Source: the human T2T-CHM13v2.0 reference genome, Homo sapiens. Taken from it: a stretch of 64,000 bases of DNA. Of this stretch, positions 40,301 through 56,000 are shown one piece after another. Location: the NCBI RefSeq assembly GCF_009914755.1, contig NC_060939.1; one strand, 5' to 3'. Position 1 is the stretch's first letter. Each line of letters opens with the position of its first letter. The notes beneath the pieces are model-generated. The model did not search any database. It was given only the letters and a program-made list of their open reading frames with translations, and was not told the origin of the DNA. The position numbers and the translations under genes are program-made.

Positions 40301-43300
40301 ATTCCATTCCATTCCATTCCCTTCCATTCCATTCCAGTTGATATCAATCCATTCGATTCCATTCCATTCGAGTACATTCCATTCGAGTCCATTCCATTCG
40401 ATGCCATTCCATTTGATTCTATTCCATTAGTCTCCATTCAATTCCATTAATCTCCATTCCATTCCATTCTACTCCAACTGATTCCATTCCATTCTATTCC
40501 TTTCCATTCCATTTCATTCCATTCCATTCCATTTCATTCCATTCCATTCCATTCGTGTCCATTCCACTCCAGTCCATTCCATTCGTGTCCATTCCATTCC
40601 AGTCCATTCCATTTGTGTCCACTGCATTCCATTCCACTCCATTCCATATTATTCCATTACACTCCATTCCATTCTATTACTTTCATTTCCATTCAATTCC
40701 ATTCCGTTTGATTCCATTCCACTCGGTTTCATTCCATTTGAGTCCACTCCATTCCATTCCATTCCATTCCATTCAGTTCCATTCCATTCTGTTCCATTCC
40801 ATCCCGTTCCATTACATTCCATTCCATTCGGTACCATTCCATATTGTTCCATTCGATTCCATTCGAATCCATTCCATTCCAGTCCATTCCATTCGATTCC
40901 ATTCCATTCATTTCAATTCCATTCCATTCCATTACATTACATTCCACTTGATTCCTCTCCATTCCCTTCCACTGCATTCCGTTCGATTCCATTCCATTGC
41001 ATTGCATTCCATTCCATTGGATTGCATTCCATTCGATTCCATTCCATTCGAATCAATTACATAGCAATCCATTACATTCGAGTCTATTCTATTCCGTTCC
41101 ATTCGATTTCGTTCCAATCCATTCGATTCCATTCCATTCGATTCCATTCCATACTATTGCATTCCATTCTATTACATTATATTCGAATAAGTTCCATTCA
41201 AGACCATTTCTTTTGAGTCCATTCTATTTGAGTCCATTCCCTTTGATTCCATAACATTTGAGTCCATTCAATTCCATTCCTTTCGTTCCCATTCCATTTG
41301 ATGCCATTCCATTCAATTCTGTTCTACTCGACTCCAATACATTCAATTCCATTCCATCCGATTCCATTACATTCTTTTCATTTCTTATCCATTTCAAGCC
41401 ATTCCACTCCATTCCATTCCACTCGTTTCCTTTCCATTCGAGTCCATTCCTCTCCAGTCCATTCCGTTCAATCCATTCCATTCCAGTCCATTCCATTCGA
41501 GTCCGTTCCATTCCAGTCCACTCCATTCGAGTCAATTCCATCCCATTCGATGTCTTTCCATAACGATCCATTCCATTCTATTCCTTTCGATTCCATTCCA
41601 TTCTATTTCATTGCATTCGATTCCCTTCCATTGGACTCCTTTCCATTCGAGTGCATTCCATTCCGTTCCATTTCTTTCCGTTCTGTACGATTCCTACCGT
41701 TCGATTTCATTTTGTTCCAGTCCATTCCTTTCGCGTCCATTCCATTCCATTTCACTCCATTCGATTCCATTCCACTCGATTCCACTTCGTTCCATTTCAT
41801 TGCATTCCATTCTATTCAACTCTATTGCCTTCCATTCCATTCCATTCGATTACATTCCATGCGATTCCATTCGAAATCGAATCAATTACATTGCAATCCA
41901 TTACTATTGAGTCCATTTTATTCCAGTCCACTGCATTCTGGTCCATTCCATTTGATTCCATTCCATTCTATTCCATTCCATACAGTTGCATTCCATTGGA
42001 TTCCATTCTATATCTATAAATTCAATTCGAGACCATTGCTTTTGAATCCATTCTATATGATTCCATTCCATTCAAGTCCATTACATTTGGTTCAATTCCA
42101 TTCCATTCCATTCCCTTCCATTCCATTCCAGTTGATATCAATCCATTCGATTCCATTCCATTCGAGCACATTCCATTTGAGTCCATTCCATTCGATGCCA
42201 TTCCATTTGATTCTATTCCATTAGTCTCCATTCTATTCCATTAATCTCCATTCCATTCCATTCTTCTCCAACTGATTCCATTCCATTCTATTCCTTTCCA
42301 TTCCATTTCATTCCATTCCATTCCATTTCATTCCATTCCATTCCATTCGTGTCCATTCCACTCCAGTCCATTCCATTCGTGTCCATTCCATTCCAGTCCA
42401 TTCCATTTCTGTCCACTGCATTCCATTCCACTCCATTCCATATTATTCCATTACACTCCATTCCATTCTATTACTTTCATTTCCATTCAATTCCATTCCG
42501 TTTGATTCCATTCCACTCGGTTTCATTCCATTTGAGTCCACTCCATTCCATTCCATTCCATTCCATTCCATTCAGTTCCATTCCATTCTGTTCCATTCCA
42601 TTCCGTTCCATTACATTCCATTCCATTCGGTACCATTCCATATTGTTCCATTCGATTCCATTCGAATCCATTCCATTCCAGTCCATTCCATTCGATTCCA
42701 TTCCATTCATTTCAATTCCATTCCATTCCATTCCATTACATTCCACTTGATTCCTCTCCATTCCCTTCCACTGCATTCCGTTCGATTCCATTCCATTGCA
42801 TTGCATTCCATTCCATTGGATTGCATTCCATTCGATTCCATTCCATTCGAATCAATTACATAGCAATCCATTACATTCGAGTCTATTCTATTCCGTTCCA
42901 TTCGATTTCGTTCCAATCCATTCGATTCCATTCCATTCGACTCCATTCCATACTATTGCATTCCATTCTATTACATTATATTCGAATAAGTTCCATTCAA
43001 GACCATTTCTTTTGAGTCCATTCTATTTGAGTCCATTCCCTTTGATTCCATAACATTTGAGTCCATTCAATTCCATTCCTTTCGTTTGCATTCCATTTGA
43101 TGCCATTCCATTCAATTCTGTTCTACTCGACTCCAATACATTCAATTCCATTCCATCCGATTCCATTACATTCTTTTCATTTCTTATCCATTTCAAGCCA
43201 TTCCACTCCATTCCATTCCACTCGTTTCCTTTCCATTCGAGTCCATTCCTCTCCAGTCCATTCCGTTCAATCCATTCCATTCCAGTCCATTCCATTCGAG

Positions 43301-44089
43301 TCCGTTCCATTCCAGTCCATTCCATTCGAGTCAATTCCATTCCATTCGATGTCTTTCCATAACGATCCATTCCATTCTATTCCTTTCGATTCCATTCCAT
43401 TCTATTTCATTCCATTCGATTCCCTTCCATTGGACTCCTTTCCATTCGAGTGCATTCCATTCCGTTCCATTTCTTTCCGTTCTGTACGATTCCTACCGTT
43501 CGATTTCATTTTGTTCCAGTCCATTCCTTTCGCGTCCATTCCATTCCATTTCACTCCATTCGATTCCATTCCACTCGATTCCACTTCGTTCCATTTCATT
43601 GCATTCCATTCTATTCAACTCTATTGCCTTCCATTCCATTCCATTCGATTACATTCCATGCGATTCCATTCGAAATCGAATCAATTACATTGCAATCCAT
43701 TACTATTGAGTCCATTTTATTCCAGTCCACTGCATTCTGGTCCATTCCATTTGATTCCATTCCATTCTATTCCATTCCATACAGTTGCATTCCATTGGAT
43801 TCCATTCTATATCTATAAATTCAATTCGAGACCATTGCTTTTGAATCCATTCCATAGGATTCCATTCCATTCAAGTCCATTACATTTGGTTCAATTCCAT
43901 TCCATTCCATTCCCTTCCATTCCATTCCAGTTGATATCAATCCATTCGATTCCATTCCATTCGAGCACATTCCATTCCAGTCCATTCCATTCGATGCCAT
44001 TCCATTTGATTCTATTCCATTAGTCTCCATTCAATTCCATTAATCTCCATTCCATTCCATTCTACTCCAACTGATTCCATTCCATTCTA

Positions 44090-47000
44090 TTCCTTTCCAT
44101 TCCATTTCATTCCATTCCATTCCATTTCATTCCATTCCATTCCATTCGCTTCCATTCCATTCGTGTCCATTCCACTCCAGTCCATTCCATTCGTGTCCAT
44201 TCCATTCCAGTCCATTCCATTTGTGTCCACTGCATTCCATTCCACTCCATTCCATATTATTCCATTACACTCCATTCCATTCTATTACTTTCATTTCCAT
44301 TCAATTCCATTCCATTTGATTCCATTCCACTCGGTTTCATTCCATTTGAGTCCACTCCATTGCATTCCATTCCATTCCATTCAGTTCCATTCCATTCTGT
44401 TCCATTCCATTCCGTTCCATTGCATTCCATTCCATTCGGTACCATTCCATATTGTTCCATTCGATTCCATTCGAATCCATTCCATTCCAGTCCATTCCAT
44501 TCGATTCCATTCCATTCCTTTCAATTCCATTCCATTCCATTCCATTCCACTTGATTCCACTCCATTCCCTTCCACTGCATTCCATTCGATTCCATTCCAT
44601 TGCATTGCATTACATTCCATTGGACTGCATTCCATTCGATTCCATTCCATTCGAATCAATTACATAGCAATCCATTACATTCGAGTCTATTCTATTCCGT
44701 TCCATTCGATTTCATTCCAATCCATTCGACTCCATTCCATTCGATTCCATTCCATACTATTGCATTCCATTCGATTACATTATATTCGAATAAGTTCCAT
44801 TCAAGACCATTTCTTTTGAGTCCATTCTATTTGAGTCCATTCCCTTTGATTCCATAACATTTGAGTCCATTCAATTCCATTCCTTTCGTTTCCATTCCAT
44901 TTGATGCCATTCCACTCAATTCTGTTCTACTCGACTCCAATACATTCAATTCCATTCCATCCGATTCCATTACATTCTTTTCATTTCTTATCCATTTCAA
45001 GCCATTCCACTCCATTCCATTCCACTCGTTTCCTTTCCATTCGAGTCCATTCCTCTCCAGTCCATTCCGTTCAATCCATTCCATTCCAGTCCATTCCATT
45101 CGAGTCCGTTCCATTCCAGTCCATTCCATTCGAGTCAATTCCATTCCATTCGATGTCTTTCCATAACGATCCATTCCATTCTATTCCTTTCGATTCCATT
45201 CCATTCTATTTCATTCCATTCGATTCCCTTCCATTGGACTCCTTTCCATTCGAGTGCATTCCATTCCGTTCCATTTCTTTCCGTTCTGTACGATTCTTAC
45301 CGTTCGATTTCATTTTGTTCCAGTCCATTCCTTTCGCGTCCATTCCATTCCATTTGACTCCATTCGATTCCATTCCCCTCGATTCCACTTCGTTCCATTT
45401 CATTGCATTCCATTCTATTCAACTCTATTGCCTTCCATTCCATTCCATTCGATTACATTCCATGCGATTGCATTCGAAATAGAATCAATTACATTGCAAT
45501 CCATTACTATTGAGTCCGTTTTATTCCAGTCCACTGCATTCTGGTCCATTCCATTTGATTCCATTCCATTCTATTCCATTCCATACAGTTGCATTCCATT
45601 GGATTCCATGCTATATCTATAAATTCAATTCGAGACCATTGCTTTTGAGTCCATTCTATATGATTCCATTCCATTCAAGTCCATTACATTTGGTTCAATT
45701 CCATTCCATTTCAGTTGATATCAATCCATTCGATTCCATTCCATTCGAGCACATTCCATTCGAGTCCATTCCATTCGATGCCATTCCATTTGATTCTATG
45801 CCATTAGTCTCCATTCAATTCCATTAATCTCCATTCCATTCCATTCTACTCCAACTGATTCCATTCCATTCTATTCCTTTCCATTCCATTTCATTCCATT
45901 CCATTCCATTTCATTCCATTCCATTCCATTCGTGTCCATTCCACTCCAGTCCATTCCATTCGTGTCCATTCCATTCCAGTCCATTCCATTTGTGTCCACT
46001 GCATTCCATTCCACTCCATTCCATATTATTCCATTACACTCCATTCCATTCTATTACTTTCATTTCCATTCAATTCCATTCCATTTGATTCCATTCCACT
46101 CGGTTTCATTCCATTTGAGTCCACTCCATTCCATTCCATTCCATTCCATTCCATTCAGTTCCATTCCATTCTGTTCCATTCCATTGCGTTCCATTACATT
46201 CCATTCCATTCGGTACCATTCCATATTGTTCCATTCGATTCCATTCGAATCCATTCCATTCCAGTCCATTCCATTCGATTCCATTCCATTCATTTCAATT
46301 CCATTCCATTCCATTCCATTACATTCCACTTGATTCCTCTCCATTCCCTTCCACTGCATTCCGTTCGATTCCATTCCATTGCATTGCATTCCATTCCATT
46401 GGATTGCATTCCATTCGATTCCATTCCATTCGAATCAATTACATAGCAATCCATTACATTCGAGTCTATTCTATTCCGTTCCATTCGTTTTCGTTCCAAT
46501 CCATTCGATTCCATTCCATTCGATTCCATTCCATACTATTGCATTCCATTCTATTACATTATATTCGAATAAGTTCCATTCAAGACCATTTCTTTTGAGT
46601 CCATTCTATTTGAGTCCATTCCCTTTGATTCCATAACATTTGAGTCCATTCAATTCCATTCCTTTCGTTTCCATTCCATTTGATGCCATTCCACTCAATT
46701 CTGTTCTACTCGACTCCAATACATTCAATTGCATTCCATCCGATTCCATTACATTCTTTTCATTTCTTATCCATTTCAAGCCATTCCACTCCATTCCATT
46801 CCACTCGTTTCCTTTCCATTCGAGTCCATTCCTCTCCAGTCCATTCCGTTCAATCCATTCCATTCCAGTTCATTACATTCGAGTCCGTTCCATTCCAGTC
46901 CTCTCTATTCGAGTCAATTCCATCCCATTCGATGTCTTTCCATAACGATCCATTCCATTCTATTCCTTTCGATTCCATTCCATTCTATTTCATTCAATTC

Positions 47001-50000
47001 GATTCCCTTCCATTGGACTCCTTTCCATTCGAGTGCATTCCATTCCGTTCCATTTCTTACCGTTCTGTACGATTCCTACCGTTCGATTTCATTTTGTTCC
47101 AGTCCATTCCTTTCGCGTCCATTCCATTCCATTTCACTCCATTCGATTCCATTCCACTCGATTCCACTTCGTTCCATTTCATTGCATTCCATTCTATTCA
47201 ACTCTATTGCCTTCCATTCCATTCCATTCGATTACATTCCATGCGATTCCGTTCGAAATCGAATCAATTACATTGCAATCCATTACTATTGAGTCCATTT
47301 TATTCCAGTCCACTGCATTCTGGTCCATTCCATTTGATTCCATTCCATTCTATTCCATTCCATACAGTTGCATTCCATTGGATTCCATTCTATATCTATA
47401 AATTCAATTCGAGACCATTGCTTTTGAATCCATTCTATATGATTCCATTCCATTCAAGTCCATTACATTTGGTTCAATTCCATTCCATTCCATTCCCTTC
47501 CATTCCATTCCAGTTGATATCAATCCATTCGATTCCATTCCATTCGAGCACATTCCATTCGAGTCCATTCCATTCGATGCCATTCCATTTGATTCTATTC
47601 CATTAGTCTCCATTCAATTCCATTAATCTCCATTCCATTCCATTCTACTCCAACTGATTCGATTCCATTCTATTCCTTTCCATTCCATTTCATTCCATTC
47701 CATTCCATTTCATTCCATTCCATTCCATTCGCTTCCATTCCATTCGTGTCCATTCCACTCCAGTCCATTCCATTCGTGTCCATTCCATTCCAGTCCATTC
47801 CATTTGTGTCCACTGCATTCCATTCCACTCCATTCCATATTATTCCATTACACTCCATTCCATTCTATTACTTTCATTTCCATTCAATTCCATTCCATTT
47901 GATTCCATTCCACTCGGTTTCATTCCATTTGAGTCCACTCCATTGCATTCCATTCCATTCCATTCAGTTCCATTCCATTCTGTTCCATTCCATTCCGTTC
48001 CATTGCATTCCATTCCATTCGGTACCATTCCATATTGTTCCATTCGATTCCATTCGAATCCATTCCATTCCAGTCCATTCCATTCGATTCCATTCCATTC
48101 CTTTCAATTCCATTCCATTCCATTCCATTCCACTTGATTCCACTCCATTCCCTTCCACTGCATTCCATTCGATTCCATTCCATTGCATTGCATTCCATTC
48201 CATTGGACTGCATTCCATTCGATTCCATTCCATTCGAATCAATTACATAGCAATCCATTACATTCGAGTCTATTCTATTCCGTTCCATTCGATTTCATTC
48301 CAATCCATTCGATTCCATTCCATTCGATTCCATTCCATACTATTGCATTCCATTCTATTACATTATATTCGAATAAGTTCCATTCAAGACCATTTCTTTT
48401 GAGTCCATTCTATTTGAGTCCATTCCCTTTGATTCCATAACATTTGAGTCCATTCAATTCCATTCCTTTCGTTTCCATTCCATTTGATGCCATTCCACTC
48501 AATTCTGTTCTACTCGACTCCAATACATTCAATTCCATTCCATCCGATTCCATTACATTCTTTTCATTTCTTATCCATTTCAAGCCATTCCACTCCATTC
48601 CATTCCACTCGTTTCCTTTCCATTCGAGTCCATTCCTCTCCAGTCCATTCCGTTCAATCCATTCCATTCCAGTCCATTCCATTCGAGTCCGTTCCATTCC
48701 AGTCCATTCCATTCGAGTCAATTCCATTCCATTCGATGTCTTTCCATAACGATCCATTCCATTCTATTCCTTTCGATTCCATTCCATTCTATTTCATTCC
48801 ATTCGATTCCCTTCCATTGGACTCCTTTCCATTCGAGTGCATTCCATTCCGTTCCATTTCTTTCCGTTCTGTACGATTCTTACCGTTCGATTTCATTTTG
48901 TTAAAGTCCATTCCTTTCGCGTCCATTCCATTCCATTTCACTCCATTCGATTCCATTCCACTCGATTCCACTTCGTTCCATTTCATTGCATTCCATTCTA
49001 TTCAACTCTATTGCCTTCCATTCCATTCCATTCGATTACATTCCATGCGATTGCATTCGAAATAGAATCAATTACATTGCAATCCATTACTATTGAGTCC
49101 GTTTTATTCCAGTCCACTGCATTCTGGTCCATTCCATTTGATTCCATTCCATTCTATTCCATTCCATACAGTTGCATTCCATTGGATTCCATGCTATATC
49201 TATAAATTCAATTCGAGACCATTGCTTTTGAGTCCATTCTATATGATTCCATTCCATTCAAGTCCATTACATTTGGTTCAATTCCATTCCATTTCAGTTG
49301 ATATCAATCCATTCGATTCCATTCCATTCGAGCACATTCCATTCGAGTCCATTCCATTCGATGCCATTCCATTTGATTCTATGCCATTAGTCTCCATTCA
49401 ATTCCATTAATCTCCATTCCATTCCATTCTACTCCAACTGATTCCATTCCATTCTATTCCTTTCCATTCCATTTCATTCCATTCCATTCCATTTCATTCC
49501 ATTCCATTCCATTCGTGTCCATTCCACTCCAGTCCATTCCATTCGTGTCCATTCCATTCCAGTCCATTCCATTTGTGTCCACTGCATTCCATTCCACTCC
49601 ATTCCATATTATTCCATTACACTCCATTCCATTCTATTACTTTCATTTCCATTCAATTCCATTCCATTTGATTCCATTCCACTCGGTTTCATTCCATTTG
49701 AGTCCACTCCATTCCATTCCATTCCATTCCATTCCATTCAGTTCCATTCCATTCTGTTCCATTCCATTGCGTTCCATTACATTCCATTCCATTCGGTACC
49801 ATTCCATATTGTTCCATTCGATTCCATTCGAATCCATTCCATTCCAGTCCATTCCATTCGATTCCATTCCATTCATTTCAATTCCATTCCATTCCATTCC
49901 ATTACATTCCACTTGATTCCTCTCCATTCCCTTCCACTGCATTCCGTTCGATTCCATTCCATTGCATTGCATTCCATTCCATTGGATTGCATTCCATTCG

Positions 50001-53000
50001 ATTCCATTCCATTCGAATCAATTACATAGCAATCCATTACATTCGAGTCTATTCTATTCCGTTCCATTCGATTTCGTTCCAATCCATTCGATTCCATTCC
50101 ATTCGATTCCATTCCATACTATTGCATTCCATTCTATTACATTATATTCGAATAAGTTCCATTCAAGACCATTTCTTTTGAGTCCATTCTATTTGAGTCC
50201 ATTCCCTTTGATTCCATAACATTTGAGTCCATTCAATTCCATTCCTTTCGTTTCCATTCCATTTGATGCCATTCCACTCAATTCTGTTCTACTCGACTCC
50301 AATACATTCAATTGCATTCCATCCGATTCCATTACATTCTTTTCATTTCTTATCCATTTCAAGCCATTCCACTCCATTCCATTCCACTCGTTTCCTTTCC
50401 ATTCGAGTCCATTCCTCTCCAGTCCATTCCGTTCAATCCATTCCATTCCAGTTCATTCCATTCGAGTCCGTTCCATTCCAGTCCTCTCTATTCTAGTCAA
50501 TTCCATCCCATTCGATGTCTTTCCATAACGATCCATTCCATTCTATTCCTTTCGATTCCATTCCATTCTATTTCATTCAATTCGATTCCCTTCCATTGGA
50601 CTCCTTTCCATTCGAGTGCATTCCATTCCGTTCCATTTCTTACCGTTCTGTACGATTCCTACCGTTCGATTTCATTTTGTTCCAGTCCATTCCTTTCGCG
50701 TCCATTCCATTCCATTTCACTCCATTCGATTCCATTCCACTCGATTCCACTTCGTTCCATTTCATTGCATTCCATTCTATTCAACTCTATTGCCTTCCAT
50801 TCCATTCCATTCGATTACATTCCATGCGATTCCGTTCGAAATCGAATCAATTACATTGCAATCCATTACTATTGAGTCCATTTTATTCCAGTCCACTGCA
50901 TTCTGGTCCATTCCATTTGATTCCATTCCATTCTATTCCATTCCATACAGTTGCATTCCATTGGATTCCATTCTATATCTATAAATTCAATTCGAGACCA
51001 TTGCTTTTGAATCCATTCTATATGATTCCATTCCATTCAAGTCCATTACATTTGGTTCAATTCCATTCCATTCCATTCCCTTCCATTCCATTCCAGTTGA
51101 TATCAATCCATTCGATTCCATTCCATTCGAGCACATTCCATTCGAGTCCATTCCATTCGATGCCATTCCATTTGATTCTATTCCATTAGTCTCCATTCAA
51201 TTCCATTAATCTCCATTCCATTCCATTCTACTCCAACTGATTCGATTCCATTCTATTCCTTTCCATTCCATTTCATTCCATTCCATTCCATTTCATTCCA
51301 TTCCATTCCATTCGCTTCCATTCCATTCGTGTCCATTCCACTCCAGTCCATTCCATTCGTGTCCATTCCATTCCAGTCCATTCCATTTGTGTCCACTGCA
51401 TTCCATTCCACTCCATTCCATATTATTCCATTACACTCCATTCCATTCTATTACTTTCATTTCCATTCAATTCCATTCCATTTGATTCCATTCCACTCGG
51501 TTTCATTCCATTTGAGTCCACTCCATTCCATTCCATTCCATTCCATGCAGTTCCATTCCATTCTGTTCCATTCCATTCCGTTCCATTGCATTCCATTCCA
51601 TTCGGTACCATTCCATATTGTTCCATTCGATTCCATTCGAATCCATTCCATTCCAGTCCATTCCATTCGATTCCATTCCATTCCATTCAATTCCATTCCA
51701 TTCCATTCCATTCCACTTGATTCCACTCCATTCCCTTCCACTGCATTCCATTCGATTCCATTCCATTGCATTGCATTCCATTCCATTGGACTGCATTCCA
51801 TTCGATTCCATTCCATTCGAATCAATTACATAGCAATCCATTACATTCGAATCTATTCTATTCCGTTCCATTCGATTTCATTCCAATCCATTCGATTCCA
51901 TTCCATTCGATTCCATTCCATACTATTGCATTCCATTCTATTACATTATATTCGAATAAGTTCCATTCAAGACCATTTCTTTTGAGTCCATTCTATTTGA
52001 GTCCATTCCCTTTGATTCCATAACATTTGAGTCCATTCAATTCCATTCCTTTCGTTTCCATTCCATTTGATGCCATTCCACTCAATTATGTTCTACTCGA
52101 CTCCAATACATTCAATTCCATTCCATCCGATTCCATTACATTCTTTTCATTTCTTATCCATTTCAAGCCATTCCACTCCATTCCATTCCACTCGTTTCCT
52201 TTCCATTCGAGTCCATTCCTCTCCAGTCCATTCCGTTCAATCCATTCCATTCCAGTCCATTCCATTCGAGTCCGTTCCATTCCAGTCCATTCCATTCGAG
52301 TCAATTCCATTCCATTCGATGTCTTTCCATAACGATCCATTCCATTCTATTCCTTTCGATTCCATACCATTCTATTTCATTCCATTCGATTCCCTTCCAT
52401 TGGACTCCTTTCCATTCGAGTGCATTCCATTCCGTTCCATTTCTTTCCGTTCTGTACGATTCTTACCGTTCGATTTCATTTTGTTCCAGTCCATTCCTTT
52501 CGCGTCCATTCCATTCCATTTCACTCCATTCGATTCCATTCCACTCGATTCCACTTCGTTCCATTTCATTGCATTCCATTCTATTCAACTCTATTGCCTT
52601 CCATTCCATTCCATTCGATTACATTCCATGCGATTGCATTCGAAATCGAATCAATTACATTGCAATCCATTACTATTGAGTCCGTTTTATTCCAGTCCAC
52701 TGCATTCTGGTCCATTCCATTTGATTCCATTCCATTCTATTCCATTCCATACAGTTGCATTCCTTTGGATTCCATGCTATATCTATAAATTCAATTCGAG
52801 ACCATTGCTTTTGAGTCCATTCTATGTGATTCCATTCCATTCAAGTCCATTACATTTGGTTCAATTCCATTCCATTCCAGTTGATATCAATCCATTCGAT
52901 TCCATTCCATTCGAGCACATTCCATTCGAGTCCATTCCATTCGATGCCATTCCATTTGATTCTATGCCATTAGTCTCCATTCAATTCCATTAATCTCCAT

Positions 53001-56000
53001 TCCATTCCATTCTACTCCAACTGATTCCATTCCATTATATTCCTTTCCAATCCATTTCATTCCATTCCATTCCATTTCATTCCATTCCATTCCATTCGTG
53101 TCCATTCCACTCCAGTCCATTCCATTCGTGTCCATTCCATTCCAGTCCATTCCATTTGTGTCCACTGCATTCCATTCCACTCCATTCCATATTATTCCAT
53201 TACACTCCATTCCATTCTATTACTTTCATTTCCATTCAATTCCATTCCATTTGATTCCATTCCACTCGGTTTCATTCCATTTGAGTCCACTCCATTCCAT
53301 TCCATTCCATTCCATTCAGTTCCATTCCATTCTGTTCCATTCCATTCCGTTCCATTACATTCCATTCCATTCGGTACCATTCCATATTGTTCCATTCGAT
53401 TGCATTCGAATCCATTCCATTCCAGTCCATTCCATTCGATTCCATTCCATTCATTTCAATTCCATTCCATTCCATTCCATTACATTCCACTTGATTCCTC
53501 TCCATTCCCTTCCACTGCATTCCGTTCGATTCCATTCCATTGCATTGCATTCCATTCCATTGGATTGCATTCCATTCGATTCCATTCCATTCGAATCAAT
53601 TACATAGCAATCCATTACATTCGAGTCTATTCTATTCCGTTCCATTCGATTTCGTTCCAATCCATTCGATTCCATTCCATTCGATTCCATTCCATACTAT
53701 TGCATTCCATTCGATTACATTATATTCGAATAAGTTCCATTCAAGACCATTTCTTTTGAGTCCATTCTATTTGAGTCCATTCCCTTTGATTCCATAACAT
53801 TTGAGTCCATTCCATTCCATTCCTTTCGTTTGCATTCCATTTGATGCCATTCCATTCAATTCTGTTCTACTCGACTCCAATACATTCAATTCCATTCCAT
53901 CCGATTCCATTACATTCTTTTCATTTCTTATCCATTTCAAGCCATTCCACTCCATTCCATTCCACTCGTTTCCTTTCCATTCGAGTCCATTCCTCTCCAG
54001 TCCATTCCGTTCAATCCATTCCATTCCAGTCCATTCCATTCGAGTCCGTTCCATTCCAGTCCTCTCTATTCGAGTCAATTCCATCCCATTCGATGTCTTT
54101 CCATAACGATCCATTCCATTCTATTCCTTTCGATTCCATTCCATTCTACTTCATTCAATTCGATTCCCTTCCATTGGACTCCTTTCCATTCGAGTGCATT
54201 CCATTCCGTTCCATTTCTTTCCGTTCTGTACGATTCCTACCGTTCGATTTCATTTTGTTCCAGTCCATTCCTTTCGCGTCCATTCCATTCCATTTCACTC
54301 CATTCGATTCCATTCCACTCGATTCCACTTCGTTCCATTTCATTGCATTCCATTCTATTCAACTCTATTGCCTTCCATTCCATTCCATTCGATTACATTC
54401 CATGCGATTCCGTTCGAAATCGAATCAATTACATTGCAATCCATTACTATTGAGTCCATTTTATTCCAGTCCACTGCATTCTGGTCCATTCCATTTGATT
54501 CCATTCCATTCTATTCCATTCCATACAGTTGCATTCCATTGGATTCCATTCTATATCTATAAATTCAATTCGAGACCATTGCTTTTGAATCCATTCTGTA
54601 TGATTCCATTCCATTCAAGTCCATTACATTTGGTTCAATTCCATTCCATTCCATTCCCTTCCATTCCATTCCAGTTGATATCAATCCATTCGATTCCATT
54701 CCATTCGAGCACATTCCATTTGAGTCCATTCCATTGGATGCCATTCCATTTGATTCTATTCCATTAGTCTCCATTCAATTCCATTAATCTCCATTCCATT
54801 CCATTCTACTCCAACTGATTCCATTCCATTCTATTCCTTTCCATTCCATTTCATTCAATTCCATTCCATTTCATTCCATTCCATTCCATTTCATTCTATT
54901 CAATTCCATTCGTGTCCATTCCACTCCAGTCCATTCCATTCGTGTCCATTCCATTCCAGTCCATTCCATTTGTGTCCACTGCATTCCATTCCACTCCATT
55001 CCATATTATTCCATTACACTCCATTCCATTCTATTACTTTCATTTCCATTTAATTCCATTCCATTTGATTCCATTCCACTCGGTTTCATTCCATTTGAGT
55101 CCACTCCATTCCATTCCATTCCATTCCATTCAGTTCCATTCCATTCTGTTCCATTACATTCTGTTCCATTGCATTCCATTCCATTCGGTACCATTCCATA
55201 TTGTTCCATTCGATTCCATTCGAATCCATTCCATTCCAGTCCATTCCATTCGATTCCATTCCATTCCTTTCAATTCCATTCCATTCCATTCCATTCCACT
55301 TGATTCCACTCCATTCCCTTCCACTGCATTCCATTCGATTCCATTCCATTGCATTGCATTCCATTCCATTGGACTACATTCCATTCGATTCCATTCCATT
55401 CGAATCAATGACATAGCAATCCATTACATTCGAGTCTATTCTATTCCGTTCCATTCGATTTCATTCCAATCCATTCGATTCCATTCCATTCGATTCCATT
55501 CCATACTATTGCATTCCATTCTATTACATTATATTCGAATAAGTTCCATTCAAGACCATTTCTTTTGAGTCCATTCTATTTGAGTCCATTCCCTTTGATT
55601 CCATAACATTTGAGTCCATTCAATTCCATTCCTTTCGTTTCCATTCCATTTGATGCCATTCCACTCAATTATGTTCTACTCGACTCCAATACATTCAATT
55701 CCATTCCATCCGATTCCATTACATTCTTTTCATTTCTTATCCATTTCAAGCCATTCCACTCCATTCCATTCCACTCGTTTCCTTTCCATTCGAGTCCATT
55801 CCTCTCCAGTCCATTCCGTTCAATCCATTCCATTCCAGTCCATTCCATTCGAGTCCGTTCCATTCCAGTCCATTCCATTCGAGTCAATTCCATTCCATTC
55901 GATGTCTTTCCATAACGATCCATTCCATTCTATTCCTTTCGATTCCATACCATTCTATTTCATTCCATTCGATTCCCTTCCATTGGACTCCTTTCCATTC

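Noticed and set aside
52067-52993. 308 aa ORF length retained despite a 20 bp deletion
   Set aside because: Coincidence. The frameshift reads on to a TAA lying 20 bp beyond the usual TAG, and other copies of this ORF are truncated (117, 188, 193, 203 aa).
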